From Candidatus Pacearchaeota archaeon (GTDB taxonomy: Archaea > Nanobdellota > Nanobdellia > Pacearchaeales > JAHJTO01), in contig JAWCMS010000001.1 of assembly GCA_038849525.1 (NCBI GenBank), positions 61,612 to 125,611 of the forward strand: 64,000 bases of DNA. Direction: 5' to 3'. A program made the translations under genes and the position numbers. Below are positions 19,274 to 28,643 of this stretch, in pieces (the first letter of the stretch is position 1; each line of letters begins with the position of its first letter). Under the pieces are notes generated by a model that saw only the letters and a program-made list of their open reading frames with translations, did no database searches and had not been told where the DNA came from.

Positions 19274-19312
19274 AGGTTTTTTAATTTTTTCTTTTTCTTT
19301 TTTTATTTTTTA
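19274..19312 (+). terminator. Oligo-T archaeal terminator after the S-layer gene
   Basis: Consecutive T-tracts immediately downstream of the stop codon. Confidence 0.5.
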
Positions 19313-19390
19313 ATTGTACTTTAATAATAATTATTGAAGTATTAATTCCATTATAACAAGGTTTTTAAGGCAAAAACATCTTTTTGGGTT

Positions 19391-20023
19391 ATGCAAGAAA
19401 AAAGAATTGAAGAGGAAAACGAAGAACAAAAAAAGCTGAAAACAAAAAAACTTGAAAAACAAATAATCATTTTGTTTGTTGTTCTTGGAATAGTTTTTCT
19501 GTCTTTTTTGGCTATTTATGATATTTTTAAGCCAAAGCCTTATTTTACGTTTTCAGGTTTTACGGTATACAAAGCGACAATTAAAGGCTCTAATACAGTA
19601 TTTTATTTAATTCCTATTTCTGGAGGAGGGGGCGAAGGGCAAGTTATGTTAAGAAATGATCCTAGAAAGCTAAATGTGTCTATAGAAGTTAATGAACTTT
19701 TTTCAGGCATAAAAAAGGTATGGATAACAGTTAACTCTGAACTAAGCTCTGATGCTATTCTTGCAGCAAATGATTTAGGGATGTTTACATCAAGAATAGG
19801 CTTAAACACAGATTTTGCGCTGACAAATTCCACAACAGACTATCCTGAGATAACATGCGAAAATGCAACAAAAGAAATAAGAGTTTTTTTGCTTGATATT
19901 GGAAATGAAACAAAAGTTTATGAACAGGAAAACTGCATTATTGTTCAAGGCAGGAATTATGAAGAGTTAATCAAAGCAGCTGATGCCTTAATAATGAAAT
20001 GGCTTATTAGAATTAGAATATAA
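19391..20023 (+). CDS. N-terminally membrane-anchored hypothetical protein
   Basis: Single TM; ITCENAT..GNETKV..NCIIVQG..ELIKAADAL; paralog of next gene. Confidence 0.6.
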   Translation: MQEKRIEEENEEQKKLKTKKLEKQIIILFVVLGIVFLSFLAIYDIFKPKPYFTFSGFTVYKATIKGSNTVFYLIPISGGGGEGQVMLRNDPRKLNVSIEVNELFSGIKKVWITVNSELSSDAILAANDLGMFTSRIGLNTDFALTNSTTDYPEITCENATKEIRVFLLDIGNETKVYEQENCIIVQGRNYEELIKAADALIMKWLIRIRI

Positions 20024-20059
20024 TAAAATTTTCAACCAGCCAAACATAAGGATTTTAGC

Positions 20060-20647
20060 ATGATTCCAAAACTGCAAACAAAGGAAGAAAAAGAAAAAAG
20101 AGAAAAAAGGTCAAGGCTCATAATGACTATAGTTGTTGTTGTAATTCTTGGAGTATCTACAGCGGCTTATGCTTTAATGGAAACACAAACAACAGAAACA
20201 AAGAAATACAAAGAATTTACTTTTTTCAGGACAGATGAAGGATGGAAACCTAAAAAAATGAATTTTGTTACATCTTACTTGCCGCAGGATGTTGAAAACA
20301 TAAGCATTTCAGGCAGTTTGAAATTAGATGATTTTACTGAAAATGCTTATATTGTTGCTATCAGCAATTATGAAATTACTGCTGCAAACGAACTTTTGAA
20401 AGTTTTGAGAATAAAAAAGGCAAATATTGCCTGCCTACCCGAAAACGAGAATGAAACTTTTTGTGCTGATTTTCCTATAAAAGATTGCAGAGATGCTGCT
20501 ATTGATAATGGAATAATAATCTTTTCTGAATCAAATGAGACTTCTGTTTCTTATGATAATTACTGCCTTCAGATAAGAGGAAGTAAAGAAAATTTTATTA
20601 AAGCTGTTGACAGGATTATTTTCGAGCTTTACGGAATAATAAGTTAA
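20060..20647 (+). CDS. N-terminally membrane-anchored hypothetical protein (paralog of 19391..20023)
   Basis: Single TM; KDCRDA..SNETSV..YCLQIRG..FIKAVDRIIFELYGII. Confidence 0.6.
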   Translation: MIPKLQTKEEKEKREKRSRLIMTIVVVVILGVSTAAYALMETQTTETKKYKEFTFFRTDEGWKPKKMNFVTSYLPQDVENISISGSLKLDDFTENAYIVAISNYEITAANELLKVLRIKKANIACLPENENETFCADFPIKDCRDAAIDNGIIIFSESNETSVSYDNYCLQIRGSKENFIKAVDRIIFELYGIIS

Positions 20648-20650
20648 ATT

Positions 20651-21163
20651 TTATATCTTTATTTTCTTAAAGTCGGAAATAAAGGGTATTTCTTTTATTT
20701 CTGCAAACTTAACAGTAAAAATCCATATTAAAATCACTAAAAGTATAGAAACAGCATACCATAATATAAAATGGGCAGTATTAAAAAAGATTGAATTATT
20801 TATCAAAAGAACTGAAAGAAAAAAAATCCTTAAAATATTTATCAGCAGAAAAATTCCACAATCAGCAAGCAATATAAAAATTCTTTTTTTAAATTTTATT
20901 TTTGCTGTAGAAAAGTTTAAGATAAAAAGCAGAAAATAGGCAGAACCTGCAACGCATGCATTTATTATTTCAATTTCAGTATTATTTGCAATTATAATAT
21001 TTTCAATTATTGTAGTTTTATAAAAAATGCTTAAAAGGATATATACAGAATAAATTGTTAAAGGTGAAAAAACAAGATAAAAAATATTTAGAAATATGCC
21101 AAAAAAAAGCATAAGAGTATAACGAAAGATAAGATCCTTAAAATCCATGATTAATTCATTCAA
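20651..21163 (-). CDS. Short exosortase/archaeosortase-family protein (pacearchaeosortase-like)
   Basis: Multi-TM; catalytic-triad motifs EIINACVAG (Cys), INILRI (Arg), FNTAHF (His). Confidence 0.8.
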   Translation of the reverse strand: MNELIMDFKDLIFRYTLMLFFGIFLNIFYLVFSPLTIYSVYILLSIFYKTTIIENIIIANNTEIEIINACVAGSAYFLLFILNFSTAKIKFKKRIFILLADCGIFLLINILRIFFLSVLLINNSIFFNTAHFILWYAVSILLVILIWIFTVKFAEIKEIPFISDFKKIKI

Positions 21164-21198
21164 GCAAAATATTTAAAGATTCTTTTTCTGAAGAAGAT

Positions 21199-21771
21199 AT
21201 GCCAACAAAGAAAAAAAATAATGATTATATGATTTATTTTTATGGGATTCTTTTTATAATTTTGTTTTTAATAGTACTACAGTTTGATTCAAAAATTTTA
21301 GAAGTAATCATTGGACTAAGAAATAATATACTTGACAAAGCCATGTTAATGATTACATCAAATAATATGCAAATAGCCCTCTTATTACTAGCAAGCGGTA
21401 TAGTTTATTTAAAAAACAAAAAGAAATTGCTGCATTTATGGTTAAGCGTAGCGATTTCAATAATGCTTTCAATTCTTCTGAAGATAATTATTGCTAGGCA
21501 AAGACCGTTGATTGAAGGTATTTCAACAATAAGTAACTTAATTAAAGAATCTTATTTGACATGGGATTTCAGCTTTCCATCAAATCATACAGCCTTTGTC
21601 TTTGCAATGCTGCTTTTCATGCCAAAGAAATGGTTTTGGTTTTGGCTGATTATTGCAATAATAATCGCATTTTCAAGAGTATATTTGGGATTACATTATT
21701 TATCTGATGTTATTGCAGGAGCTTTTTTAGGATTGTTTGTTTCCCATTTAATTATTAAAAAGATAAAATGA
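21199..21771 (+). CDS. PAP2-family lipid/polyprenyl (pyro)phosphate phosphatase
   Basis: KIIIARQRP, SFPSNH, SRVYLGLHYLSDV. Confidence 0.92.
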   Translation: MPTKKKNNDYMIYFYGILFIILFLIVLQFDSKILEVIIGLRNNILDKAMLMITSNNMQIALLLLASGIVYLKNKKKLLHLWLSVAISIMLSILLKIIIARQRPLIEGISTISNLIKESYLTWDFSFPSNHTAFVFAMLLFMPKKWFWFWLIIAIIIAFSRVYLGLHYLSDVIAGAFLGLFVSHLIIKKIK

Positions 21772-22340
21772 AACTCGAATTAAGAAGAGCAATAATGCAT
21801 TCTTTAATATGTGGTGTTATAATATTTGCTTCTTTAAAGATGAGGATAGTATGGCATCTTTTCTTTTTGCTTATTTTTGGATTGATTATTTCAATCCTAT
21901 CATTAAAGTATAAAATTCCTGTAATAAGGGAGTGCTTGAAAATATTTGAAAAGCCAAGATATATAAAGACATTTCCAGGTAAAGGAGTTTTATTTTTAAT
22001 TGCTGGATGTCTTTTTGTTCTAAAGTTTTTTTCTCAAGAAATAGCGCTTGCTTCTATTACTATCCTTGCTATAGGAGATCCCGTATCGCATTTAGTCTCT
22101 GGGAATTTTAAAGAAAAAATTCTAAAGAAAAAAAGTTTATCTGGATTTATACTTAGTGTTATGCTTTCTTCTATTACCGCTTCAATATTTGTACCTTTTG
22201 GCTATGCTTTAATAGCTGCGATAGCTGCAATGATATCAGAGATTTTAATTATAAAACTTGGAGAAGATCCTATTGATGATAATATAATAATACCTGCTGT
22301 CGCAGGAACAGTTCTTTATCTGCTGATAAATTATATCTAA
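21768..22340 (+). CDS. CTP-dependent dolichol/phytol/diacylglycerol kinase family (SEC59/DGK1/VTE5)
   Basis: ELRRAIMH, ILAIGDPVSHLV, KKSLSG, IDDNIIIP. Confidence 0.82.
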   Translation: MKLELRRAIMHSLICGVIIFASLKMRIVWHLFFLLIFGLIISILSLKYKIPVIRECLKIFEKPRYIKTFPGKGVLFLIAGCLFVLKFFSQEIALASITILAIGDPVSHLVSGNFKEKILKKKSLSGFILSVMLSSITASIFVPFGYALIAAIAAMISEILIIKLGEDPIDDNIIIPAVAGTVLYLLINYI

Positions 22341-22396
22341 ATATCAACTGAAGATTTTACAGAACCAACAAAAGAAATCGTCTTATAAAAAGGAAA

Positions 22397-23995
22397 TTAA
22401 GCAGATTTTTTTCCTACCAATAAAAGTATTATTACAATAATTATTGCAATAATAAGGGCAGCGTCTATTATAACCCATGTTGGATTATATTTCATTTGGA
22501 ATTTTATTTGGTCTATTAGTCCAGACGGCTGAGATGACTGTTGTACATTAACAGCCACTGTTTTTGATTCTGAAATTCCGTTATGCTGCACATTTACAAT
22601 AAGATTATGGGCACCGATAGTTGTTCCTGATTTTGCAGTCAATTTTATTATTACTTCTTTCTCCTGCCCTGAAGTTAAAGCTATAGATGATGGAGTTATA
22701 GAATTTATATTTGCCCAGTCAGCGCTTGCGCTTATAGTAAATGTTTCTAAATTGTCTCCAGTATTTTTGATTTTAATTCTGACTTCAGATTCTATTCCAA
22801 TAATTGCAGTTGAAACTTCTGTAGTTATTGTCTGGTTTGAAACCAGCATCTGGCAATTTCCTAATACCTTGAACATATAAATTGTTGTTTCTACATCGCC
22901 GTATATTTCATCATCTTCATCATAGTCATAATAAACATTGAATGTTGCTGTGTAATCACCTTCTGTCAAATTTTTTGGAATCTTTAGTGGGAAATTGAGC
23001 AGAGACTTGTCTCCTGAATCAAAATTATCTATTACTATTGAAACAGGTGTTCCACTGATTTCATTTATTAAATACTCAATTTTTATCCTCTCTTCATCTT
23101 TTTTTCCTATATTAAGAATACTTCCTGCTAAAGTAGTTGATGTTCCGCATGATACATTTGCAGGCATATTAACATTAAGAACAAGTTCTCTTGACTTCTT
23201 CTTGATTTCTATAGGAATTACATTCATTTTAGAATAAAGTCCTGATTGCATGCAGTTGTCTTCGTCATCATCATTGTATACTTTGATGTAAAGATAATAA
23301 ATACCTTCGTCTATATCAGCAGGGACTGTCATATTAAGAGTTACTGATTCTGTATCATCTGCGTCTATCTTAATACTTTTCTTAACATCTGTATCATCAA
23401 CTTCACTGTTTCCTCTAATAAGCACTGCTTCTATTATAACTTTTAAATCTTCTTCGTCATCAAGATTTTGAATTTTAAGCTTTATATCAAAAGATTCGAG
23501 AGGTTTATATGTCTCTTTTTTTAGGTCATTCTCGTTCTTTATTTCAACTACTCTTATGGGTGATGTCTTGTTGCTTCCTATGCCACAATAATCATAAAGA
23601 ACATTGAAGTTTGTTGAAGATGATGCTGTAAAATTCTCTGTCCCATTTGTTCCTGCTGCTGTTAAGGTTACTGTATAAAAGCCTATATCTGAGTCTTCTG
23701 TAGTTGTTATTGAATAAGTCCTAATTATAGAATTATTTACTGCAAGATTGCTAAATGATTGTGATTCTAAAGGCACTATATTAATATTAGAAGATGAAAG
23801 ATTAGACACTATAAGATTTCCTGAAGTAATATTTGATTCTCCATTGTTTGTTATGTTAAAAGTTACAGAGGTATTTTGTCCAGGATAAACATTTGCAGGC
23901 GATTTGATAACACTCACACTCAAAGCAAGAACAGCATTTATTGACAAAACCATTAATGCAATTAATGCTATAAAAAAAACAATTTTATTTTTCAT
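22397..23995 (-). CDS. Putative S-layer/surface protein with tandem Ig-like (CARDB/NEW3-like) domains and C-terminal TM
   Basis: Signal peptide; repeated ITNNG/IQN/ILNIG/IKNTG Ig strands; acidic YDYDEDDE; many N-x-S/T sites; TM plus KK. Confidence 0.7.
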   Translation of the reverse strand: MKNKIVFFIALIALMVLSINAVLALSVSVIKSPANVYPGQNTSVTFNITNNGESNITSGNLIVSNLSSSNINIVPLESQSFSNLAVNNSIIRTYSITTTEDSDIGFYTVTLTAAGTNGTENFTASSSTNFNVLYDYCGIGSNKTSPIRVVEIKNENDLKKETYKPLESFDIKLKIQNLDDEEDLKVIIEAVLIRGNSEVDDTDVKKSIKIDADDTESVTLNMTVPADIDEGIYYLYIKVYNDDDEDNCMQSGLYSKMNVIPIEIKKKSRELVLNVNMPANVSCGTSTTLAGSILNIGKKDEERIKIEYLINEISGTPVSIVIDNFDSGDKSLLNFPLKIPKNLTEGDYTATFNVYYDYDEDDEIYGDVETTIYMFKVLGNCQMLVSNQTITTEVSTAIIGIESEVRIKIKNTGDNLETFTISASADWANINSITPSSIALTSGQEKEVIIKLTAKSGTTIGAHNLIVNVQHNGISESKTVAVNVQQSSQPSGLIDQIKFQMKYNPTWVIIDAALIIAIIIVIILLLVGKKSA

Positions 23996-24021
23996 TTTGT
24001 TGTAATTTTAAAATTAAAACA

Positions 24022-24660
24022 CTATTTAAGCTTTTCTATACTTTTATTCAAGTTTTTATATTCAGAAAGATTTATCATATTGGAAATATCGAAAATCAAT
24101 CCAGGACATGCTGTATTAAGCCATGCATCAATTTGAAAATTCTCTAATTCTTTTTTGTCTATCGTATCAGAAATAAAAAGAAAAACTTTTTTTTCTTTAA
24201 GTTTATTCTTTAATAAAATAGCTTTTTTCAATTTAAATTGTCTAGGTTTTGTTGAGATAATTATACCTATTTTATCTGCAAGTAAAAATTTTGATATTGC
24301 AGCTTTTCTTTTTTTCTTAATATGCTGTGAGTCAATTTTTTCTAGTTTATTATTTATTATTATATATATAGGCTTGTTAACATTGAGAGCAAGAGATAAA
24401 GGATGAAATTTACCAGATGAAATAAGCAAAAAGCAATCTATATTTTTTTCTATTTTTAATGCAGAAGAAAAATTACATCCTGTAATCTGGCCTCCAAGAA
24501 TAACTTTTTTTCCCTGTTTTTCAAGTTCTGTTTTTATCTTTTTTGCTATTTGTTCAAATTGAATTGTATAAAGTAGACCTACTTTTTGAGGAATACATGA
24601 AAAATCTAATTCTGTATTTTCAAAATGCCTTTTTTTTGCTTCTATAAATAAAGTTTTCAT
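24022..24660 (-). CDS. dph2: Diphthamide biosynthesis enzyme Dph2 (short form)
   Basis: TIQF, GQITGC, GKFHP, GIIISTKP.Q, NTACP. Confidence 0.85.
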   Translation of the reverse strand: MKTLFIEAKKRHFENTELDFSCIPQKVGLLYTIQFEQIAKKIKTELEKQGKKVILGGQITGCNFSSALKIEKNIDCFLLISSGKFHPLSLALNVNKPIYIIINNKLEKIDSQHIKKKRKAAISKFLLADKIGIIISTKPRQFKLKKAILLKNKLKEKKVFLFISDTIDKKELENFQIDAWLNTACPGLIFDISNMINLSEYKNLNKSIEKLK

Positions 24661-24707
24661 GATTTAGGATTAAAAGACAAAAAGACTCTGACAATTACTT
24701 GGAGTTA

Positions 24708-25091
24708 TTAAATTTTCTCTATTTTTTCTATTTTTGGAGGTTCTGCTTTGTATATTTTCGCAAAAGAAGGAGTTGCTATAAGAATATTTTCACCGAAACC
24801 TGCTATAGAACCTTCAAGAGCATCTATTGTTTTTTTCAATTTTGCAATTGATCTTTTAAGTTCGATAACATCTTTGTTTCTTAGTTGTTTGATATCTATT
24901 AAAGCAATTGTGTATCCTTCCCTCAATACATCCAAGATTACATTTACATCTTCAAATGACTTAAGAACAAATGGTCTAATGATTATTTTTGCTTTTTTTC
25001 CTATGTCTCTAGCAATGTCTACCTCTATATATTCTTCTCCAGAAGGTTTTTCTTTTGACAACAGATCTTTAATTTTCTCTATAAAACTCAT
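24708..25091 (-). CDS. sepF: Cell division protein SepF
   Basis: VLREG..IALIDI..ELKRSI..LKK..GSIAG..ILIATP. Confidence 0.88.
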   Translation of the reverse strand: MSFIEKIKDLLSKEKPSGEEYIEVDIARDIGKKAKIIIRPFVLKSFEDVNVILDVLREGYTIALIDIKQLRNKDVIELKRSIAKLKKTIDALEGSIAGFGENILIATPSFAKIYKAEPPKIEKIEKI

Positions 25092-25164
25092 TTTTTTAAG
25101 ATTGTTTATTTCTTTCTTAAGTCTTTAACTTTATAAATATTTCTATTCTCAATTTTAATTTGTC

Positions 25165-25506
25165 TTATTTTGTATCTGCTAAGATTTCATCACGTAATTT
25201 AGATATTTTATTCCTCAAAATTGTTTCCTGCTTTTCAAGATTCTTATTTCTCAGCTCAAGGATTTCTTTTTTGCTTTTAAGATCTTTTTCTAATTCGTCT
25301 TTAGATGTCTTAAACATTATTTGCCCAATTATTTTGTAAACATCTTTGTCAGAAGTTTTTAATTCCTCAAGAGCCAAATTTGTTTCATTAAGTTCAAGAA
25401 GAAATGCCTGTCTTTGCAGCAAAATATTCTGGAGACTTTGCTCAGAAATCTGCAATTCCTGGATTTTCTTTGCTGTTTCCTGTGAAATTTTTTTTTCTGT
25501 TGTCAT
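25165..25506 (-). CDS. pfdB: Prefoldin beta subunit
   Basis: Coiled coils flanking VYKIIGQIMFK hairpin; position after rpoP. Confidence 0.93.
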   Translation of the reverse strand: MTTEKKISQETAKKIQELQISEQSLQNILLQRQAFLLELNETNLALEELKTSDKDVYKIIGQIMFKTSKDELEKDLKSKKEILELRNKNLEKQETILRNKISKLRDEILADTK

Positions 25507-25514
25507 ACTATGGA

Positions 25515-25652
25515 CTATACAGCTTTTATCTTTACTATTTTTGTCCTTGGCTTAAAAAATATCTTACTTCCACATGCCGGACACACAAAACGCTTTTCTA
25601 GACTTTTATGCGAAATTTGCTTTCCACAAAAAAAACATTTGTATGTTACCAT
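25515..25652 (-). CDS. rpoP: DNA-directed RNA polymerase subunit P (Rpo12); not in ORF track
   Basis: Hand translation MVTYKCFFCGKQISHKSLEKRFVCPACGSKIFFKPRTKIVKIKAV; zinc ribbon; between eL43 and pfdB. Confidence 0.9.
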   Translation of the reverse strand: MVTYKCFFCGKQISHKSLEKRFVCPACGSKIFFKPRTKIVKIKAV

Positions 25653-25658
25653 TTTTTA

Positions 25659-25868
25659 TTATTCTAAATAATATGCCCCCCCAGTAAATTTTTTATTGCA
25701 TTTTTTGCATTGCCATATCCCTTTTGCAATGCGTTTTACTTTTTGTTTCTTGCAATAAGGACATTTTTGTTTTTGTCTTTGTCTTTTTTCTACTGCTACA
25801 ACCGACTCTCTTATTCTCTTGCCGTATCTTACTCCAAATCTTCCTGCTGATGCAACTTTTTTTGTCAT
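25659..25868 (-). CDS. rpl37ae: 50S ribosomal protein L37Ae (eL43)
   Basis: [27 protein letters not shown]. Confidence 0.97.
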   Translation of the reverse strand: MTKKVASAGRFGVRYGKRIRESVVAVEKRQRQKQKCPYCKKQKVKRIAKGIWQCKKCNKKFTGGAYYLE

Positions 25869-25924
25869 TTTGTATTGTTAAGGAAAAATTTCCTTAGTAG
25901 GGAATGACTTATTTTTCTTTGGCA

Positions 25925-25998
25925 TGGGGCTACTGCGATTTGAACGCAGGTCACAAGGTCCCAAACCTCGTAGGCTAACCAGGCTACCCCATAGCCCC
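25925..25998 (-). tRNA. tRNA-Pro(UGG)
   Basis: Reverse complement GGGGCTA TG GGGTAGCCTGGTTAGCCT A CGAGG TT TGG GA CCTTG TGAC CTGCG TTCAAAT CGCAG TAGCCCC A; no encoded CCA. Confidence 0.95.
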
Positions 25999-26036
25999 AA
26001 AATCTCTTAATAAATTATGACATTTAGCTTTAAAAT

Positions 26037-26726
26037 TTAACTTTTTTCTTTCACAGTAGCTTTTGCTGTTGTAGTAGGAGTTTTTGGTACTACAGTAGGG
26101 GCTTTTTCTGCCGTAGTTTGTGGCGTAGCAGTTGGAGTAGCGGCTGCTTCTTTTGCTTTCTCTTCTTCTTCTTTCTTTAGCAATTCTTCCTGTTTTTTCT
26201 TGATGCCTTCAAAATATTCTTTCAACCGATTGAGTTTTTCTTTATCAGGAATTGTTTTTAATTGATTTATTTCTTTATCATAAAATCCTTTATTAATTTC
26301 TTCTATTACTTCTTTTGGTTCTTTATTTTCAACTAAAATACCTAAAGAGACACAAGAACCAAGAACAGTTTTAACTGCTGATTTCAAATCTTTTTCAAGC
26401 GCTCTTTTTGTTTGTGCAATTTTAATTATTTGTTCTATCGCTGCATTCGCAACTTTAACTTTCTTAGAATCTCCTGTACCTTTTTCAATACCAAGTTCTT
26501 TTTTCAAAAGCTCAGATACCGGCGGAGAAGAAACTTCAACCTTAAAGGTTTTTGTTTTAACGTCTATATCTAAGATAACTGGAACTTTTATTCCTTCAAA
26601 GTTTTTTGTTGCAGCATTAACATCAGAAATAATCTTGCCCATGTTTAATCCTAAAGGACCTATTTTTTGGGCTATTGCAGGACCAGGTTTCATATTTCCT
26701 CCTTCTACTAATAATTTTATTATCAT
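26037..26726 (-). CDS. rpl11: 50S ribosomal protein L11 (uL11) with long C-terminal extension
   Basis: GGNMKPGPAIAQKIGPLG, SPPVSELLKK, GSCVSLGI. Confidence 0.95.
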   Translation of the reverse strand: MIIKLLVEGGNMKPGPAIAQKIGPLGLNMGKIISDVNAATKNFEGIKVPVILDIDVKTKTFKVEVSSPPVSELLKKELGIEKGTGDSKKVKVANAAIEQIIKIAQTKRALEKDLKSAVKTVLGSCVSLGILVENKEPKEVIEEINKGFYDKEINQLKTIPDKEKLNRLKEYFEGIKKKQEELLKKEEEEKAKEAAATPTATPQTTAEKAPTVVPKTPTTTAKATVKEKS

Positions 26727-27187
26727 TCTTTTTTCTCCTCACCTTCTTCTTTTTCTCGCCTTATAACCCTTATATTATCTAATTTTACTGTTATTGGAAT
26801 TGGAACAGTGGCTTCAAGCAATTCTACAACAACTTCTTCTTTTGCCTTATCAATTCTAACAACTTTCGCTTTCTCTTTTTTAAATGGTTCTGCTATAATT
26901 TCTACAATATCATTTTTTTCTATATTGACTGCAGTAACTTCTGGAATTATCATACCTTTAATATCTTCGTAATTAACTGTTTTTGGTAAAATGCCTTTAA
27001 CATAAGAAAGATTGTATATTGCTTCTTCTACTGTTTCTCTTGAATCTGCTTCTAACAACAGATAACCTCTTAATCCATGTGGTTTTGCGATAGAAAATAC
27101 ATTTAAAGAGTTTTTCTCAACTCTGTCTACTATTAAGTCAAGAACTTGATCTTCTTTATTTGTTGAAACTTTTAAGATTAAAATCAT
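26723..27187 (-). CDS. spt5: Transcription elongation factor Spt5 (NusG)
   Basis: NGN domain LRGYLLLEA; KOW NDIVEIIAEPFK; VELLEATVPIPITV. Confidence 0.95.
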   Translation of the reverse strand: MILILKVSTNKEDQVLDLIVDRVEKNSLNVFSIAKPHGLRGYLLLEADSRETVEEAIYNLSYVKGILPKTVNYEDIKGMIIPEVTAVNIEKNDIVEIIAEPFKKEKAKVVRIDKAKEEVVVELLEATVPIPITVKLDNIRVIRREKEEGEEKKE

Positions 27188-27199
27188 TTTTCAAATTTT

Positions 27200-27376
27200 T
27201 TAGCTTAAGAATCTTATAGCTGTGGACACCAAAAATCCAACTAAGCCTATAGCAAGAATCCCTATTGCTGAAGCTTTCGCTATTGTTTTGAATTCTAAAT
27301 TTGTAGGTTTTTTTGTTACAACCCATACTCTCTTGCATTTAAGCAAAAAATCCTGTAATGAGATAAATAAAGACAT
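27200..27376 (-). CDS. secE: Protein translocase subunit SecE/Sec61-gamma; not in ORF track
   Basis: Hand translation MSLFISLQDFLLKCKRVWVVTKKPTNLEFKTIAKASAIGILAIGLVGFLVSTAIRFLS; ftsZ-secE-spt5 synteny. Confidence 0.93.
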   Translation of the reverse strand: MSLFISLQDFLLKCKRVWVVTKKPTNLEFKTIAKASAIGILAIGLVGFLVSTAIRFLS

Positions 27377-27501
27377 ATTTCTCCATTTAAGATGATTAAA
27401 GAGAAAAAACTAAATTTTTAAACCTTTTTATTTATTATGTGTAATATTTAAATAGGACAAGGAAATTAGTTTGCATATACTAAATTTAAATTTTAAATAG
27501 T

Positions 27502-28587
27502 TTATTCCTCAACAAATTCTATTCCGAGCTCTTCACTTAACTCGCGAGTTTTTTTGTTTTTTGTACTTTCACCTGGGCCTAAAATTTGTGGTGATTTAAC
27601 ACCTGTAACAATAAGCATAACTCTCAATGTTTTTTCCATATCTTCACTTATTTGAGCTCCCCAAATAAGTTTTGCATCAGGAGAAAGTTTTTGAGAAATA
27701 GTTTCAATTACTTGCTTTGCTTCTTTTAGACTTAAATCGGTTCCTCCGATGATATTCACTAAGGCTCCAGAAGCGCCTTGGATATCTACATCTAATAAAG
27801 GATTATCAAGAGCTTTATTTACTGCTTCTTGTGCTCTATCTTGAGAATCAGATTCTCCAACTCCAATTAATGAAACCCCGCCGCTGCACATTATCGCTTT
27901 TATATCTGCAAAATCAAGATTTACTAAACCCGGTTTTGTTACTAATTCAGTTATTCCTTTTACAGCATTTGTCAAAATTTCATCAGCTATTTTGAAAGCT
28001 GTATGAATTGGTAGTTCAGGTGCAAGTTCTAACAATTTATCGTTTGGTATAACAACTAAAGTATCAACAAAGCTTTCTAAATTCTCAAGTCCATACATCG
28101 CATTTTCATATCTTTTGTTACCTTCGATGCTGAAAGGTAATGTAACAATACCGATTGTAAGAATTCCTGCTTTTCGTGCAAGTTCTGCAATTACAGGGGC
28201 TGCTCCTGTTCCTGTTCCTCCACCCAAGCCACATGTAATAAAAATCATATCTGCACCTTGAACGCGCTCTTTTAATTGATGTTCAGATTCACGGGCAGCC
28301 TCTTCTCCTATCTTAGGATTGCTTCCAGCACCATTTCCTTGAGTCAATTCTTTTCCAATAAGAATTTTATCGTCTGCAGAGGTATAAAGCAAATCTTGAG
28401 CATCTGTATTCACGGCAATTGTAATAGCTCCTTTTACTCCAACTTCTTTTATCCTAGTAATAGTATTATTACCTGAACCACCAACTCCGAAAACCCTTAT
28501 TTTAGCTTTTTGTTTATTTACAATATCTTCTAACTCTTTATCAATAGAATCCAAATTACTCATCTCTTTTATTGTTAGTTCAGCCAT
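27502..28587 (-). CDS. ftsZ: Cell division protein FtsZ
   Basis: GVGGSGNN, AVNTDAQ, GLGGGTGTG, VNLDFAD. Confidence 0.98.
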   Translation of the reverse strand: MAELTIKEMSNLDSIDKELEDIVNKQKAKIRVFGVGGSGNNTITRIKEVGVKGAITIAVNTDAQDLLYTSADDKILIGKELTQGNGAGSNPKIGEEAARESEHQLKERVQGADMIFITCGLGGGTGTGAAPVIAELARKAGILTIGIVTLPFSIEGNKRYENAMYGLENLESFVDTLVVIPNDKLLELAPELPIHTAFKIADEILTNAVKGITELVTKPGLVNLDFADIKAIMCSGGVSLIGVGESDSQDRAQEAVNKALDNPLLDVDIQGASGALVNIIGGTDLSLKEAKQVIETISQKLSPDAKLIWGAQISEDMEKTLRVMLIVTGVKSPQILGPGESTKNKKTRELSEELGIEFVEE

Positions 28588-28643
28588 CGTAATTAAGTAT
28601 AAGAATAAAAAAGAACTTTATAAATTTTAGTGTATCTTATAGA

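Noticed and set aside
27156-27338. 60-aa ORF MQESMGCNKK from the ORF track
   Set aside because: Wrong frame; the real gene here is secE (27200-27376).
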